DNA of 64,000 nt from an uncultured virus (IMG/VR IMGVR_UViG_3300031525_000002) (taxonomy: Duplodnaviria > Heunggongvirae > Uroviricota > Caudoviricetes), in the IMG/VR virus record IMGVR_UViG_3300031525_000002. One strand, written 5' to 3'. A program made the position numbers and the translations under genes. The notes under the pieces are model-generated. The model was not told where the DNA came from, did not search any database, and was given only the letters and a program-made list of their open reading frames with translations. Positions 62,795-64,000 of this stretch are shown piece by piece (the first letter of the stretch is position 1; each line of letters begins with the position of its first letter).

Positions 62795-63177
62795 TACCCG
62801 CGCCTCGCTTTCGCCGCCCCAGCGTCCACGTACTCGTGAAACCGACGGATCGCACGCGTGACCTCTGCGTCGGCGGCGGGCAGTTCGTCGCGATGGTACG
62901 CCTCAGCGTAGTGCTTCGCCTTGAACGCCCTATCCTTCTCCTGCTCGAGCCGCTGGAGCTCGGGGTCGTTCCACATCGAGGCGTAGTACGCCTTCTCGCG
63001 CACAGCGCTCTGAATCTCACCGGGCGAGCGACCGAGAATCGCGCCCGTGCGGATGCGGTAGTCGAGGTCAGTCTCCCCGTGACGATGCTCGATCGCCTTC
63101 CGGCATTTCACGCAGTAATTCTTCGACCCGCGGATCTTGTTGCCGCAGTAGCAGGTGCCGGAGATGAGCGTCGTCAT
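62794..63177 (-). CDS. Tag-variant (MTTLISG) Zn-finger hypothetical protein
   Basis: ATG at 63177; CYCG...YCVKC. Confidence 0.7.
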   Translation of the reverse strand: MTTLISGTCYCGNKIRGSKNYCVKCRKAIEHRHGETDLDYRIRTGAILGRSPGEIQSAVREKAYYASMWNDPELQRLEQEKDRAFKAKHYAEAYHRDELPAADAEVTRAIRRFHEYVDAGAAKARRG

Positions 63178-63380
63178 TTTCGCCCGAACTTCCCCTGGTC
63201 GAGCAGCCCGTACTGCTGATTGAACAGCGAAAACTGCTCGGCGGGTGGCGGTGGCGGCTTGGGACGCGTCTCCATGCCGGCGAAGAGTGCGGGCGTGCGC
63301 GCGCATGCCGAGCAAAGCTTACGGTTCTTCTGCGGGCGGTGGCACCCGGGGCACTTGTTCTTCACGCCGATGAGACTCAT
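63174..63380 (-). CDS. MSLIG-tag small Zn-finger protein
   Basis: Starts MSLIGVK; CPGC...CSAC; EQFSLF. Confidence 0.7.
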   Translation of the reverse strand: MSLIGVKNKCPGCHRPQKNRKLCSACARTPALFAGMETRPKPPPPPAEQFSLFNQQYGLLDQGKFGRK

Positions 63381-63589
63381 CCGAGCAACCTTCCTTGTCT
63401 GCCGCCATCGTCCGTGACGAGCGCCTCGCGGTACGCCCACCCACGCTCACCGTTGTCCCAGTGAATGAGCGCGCGGCCAGGTCCAGCGACCTGGTCGACG
63501 GTGCCCTTGGCGTCGGCCGACACCGCTACGCCCGTCACCCGGAGCGAGTACGCAGCGCAGACGCGGTCACCGCGACGCAGGCGTCTCAT
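63377..63589 (-). CDS. Small SH3-like hypothetical protein ending in RLLG
   Basis: GDRV...GTV...IHWDNG; C-terminal GRLLG. Confidence 0.6.
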   Translation of the reverse strand: MRRLRRGDRVCAAYSLRVTGVAVSADAKGTVDQVAGPGRALIHWDNGERGWAYREALVTDDGGRQGRLLG

Positions 63590-64000
63590 CCGAGCAATCC
63601 TCTCCGGGGCTTCCCGATCTCAGAGTCTCGCACGTTGATGACCGCGTCGAGCGATGCCTTCGGATAGTCGACGAGCGCATCGTAGACCATATCGCTCCAC
63701 GTCAGATACGTCGTGTGCCCCTCCGGCCCCTTGTGCGACACGCGCGTTACACGCCACTTCCGCGAGGTCGGGTCGATGGAGAACCAGAGCTTGCGCGCGA
63801 CGTATGGGCCTTTGGAGGCGTCGCCCGTCAGTATCTCGAAGGTCGCCTCGCCGTGGAGCCTGCGGAAGCGCCCCACAGCTCGCTTGCGGTTCGTCGCGTT
63901 GACGTGCACCGCCTTGAAGATGAGCTTGCCGTCTGCGCCGCGAACGGGCGTGTGACCGCGCTCGTCCAGCGGGTACGCCTGCCGCCACGCGCCGAGGCTC
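63586..64000 (-). CDS. Hypothetical protein ending in GLLG; 5' end at the window edge
   Basis: Frame is open to the edge and reads (..G)-S-L-G-A-W..., compatible with an MSLG start just outside the window. Confidence 0.6.
   Translation of the reverse strand, partial: SLGAWRQAYPLDERGHTPVRGADGKLIFKAVHVNATNRKRAVGRFRRLHGEATFEILTGDASKGPYVARKLWFSIDPTSRKWRVTRVSHKGPEGHTTYLTWSDMVYDALVDYPKASLDAVINVRDSEIGKPRRGLLG

Larger units (their letters stand above)
1..64000. mobile_element. Segment of a large GC-rich phage/prophage genome (early, replication, DNA-modification and accessory regions); no capsid, terminase or tail genes recognised with confidence
   Basis: Dense short ORFs chained by ATGA/GTGA overlaps; phage-type genes (Gp37/Gp68, VRR-NUC, VirE-type helicase, HNH, DUF1643, DUF4326, many orphan MTases, tyrosine recombinase); no host housekeeping operons. 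Confidence 0.9.

Noticed and set aside
57773..63380. CCGATGAGGCTCAT repeats read as a CRISPR array or integron attC cassette sites
   Set aside because: Only about 14 bp, spaced 200-870 bp apart, always coinciding with the first codons, varying synonymously, with no palindromic attC structure and no cas genes. A role as recombination microhomology is not fully excluded.
1..64000. Genome-wide TAG reassignment (code 15)
   Set aside because: Long conserved genes have no internal TAG. Several TAGs are natural ends (48205 after QTALFGK; 11438 followed by SD plus ATG). Only two suspicious cases remain, reported separately.

Overview
The whole 64 kb window looks like part of a large, GC-rich bacteriophage or prophage genome. 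There are no host housekeeping operons, and I saw no rRNA, tRNA or CRISPR array. It holds well over a hundred short ORFs, most chained by ATGA/GTGA stop-start overlaps. Two genes resemble myxobacterial families (44138-44500, 46243-46725), which suggests a Myxococcota host (inference). Recognisable modules: (i) early-type hypothetical gene arrays (0.2-19.7 kb, 39.7-51.3 kb); (ii) a replication block with an SF2 helicase, VRR-NUC, HNH and a VirE/VapE-type helicase, followed by a symmetric iteron-like repeat set (27679-27862, candidate origin); (iii) a heavy DNA-modification load of six DNA methyltransferase loci, one split in two by a free-standing endonuclease and one dual-frame C5 enzyme, plus a Mom-like gene; (iv) a ParB-like gene, a second SF2 helicase and a tyrosine recombinase; (v) a cluster of glycosyltransferases and small-molecule SAM methyltransferases (52.5-57.8 kb). 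The most striking unexplained structure is at 57.8-64 kb. It is a translationally coupled array of otherwise unrelated basic proteins, ten of which start with the same tag, M-[S/A/G]-L-I-G, with LLG at the C-terminus of two upstream members. The tag is conserved at the peptide level and is a candidate virion-packaging, export or protease-processing signal. All family assignments come from motifs recognised by eye; no searches were run.
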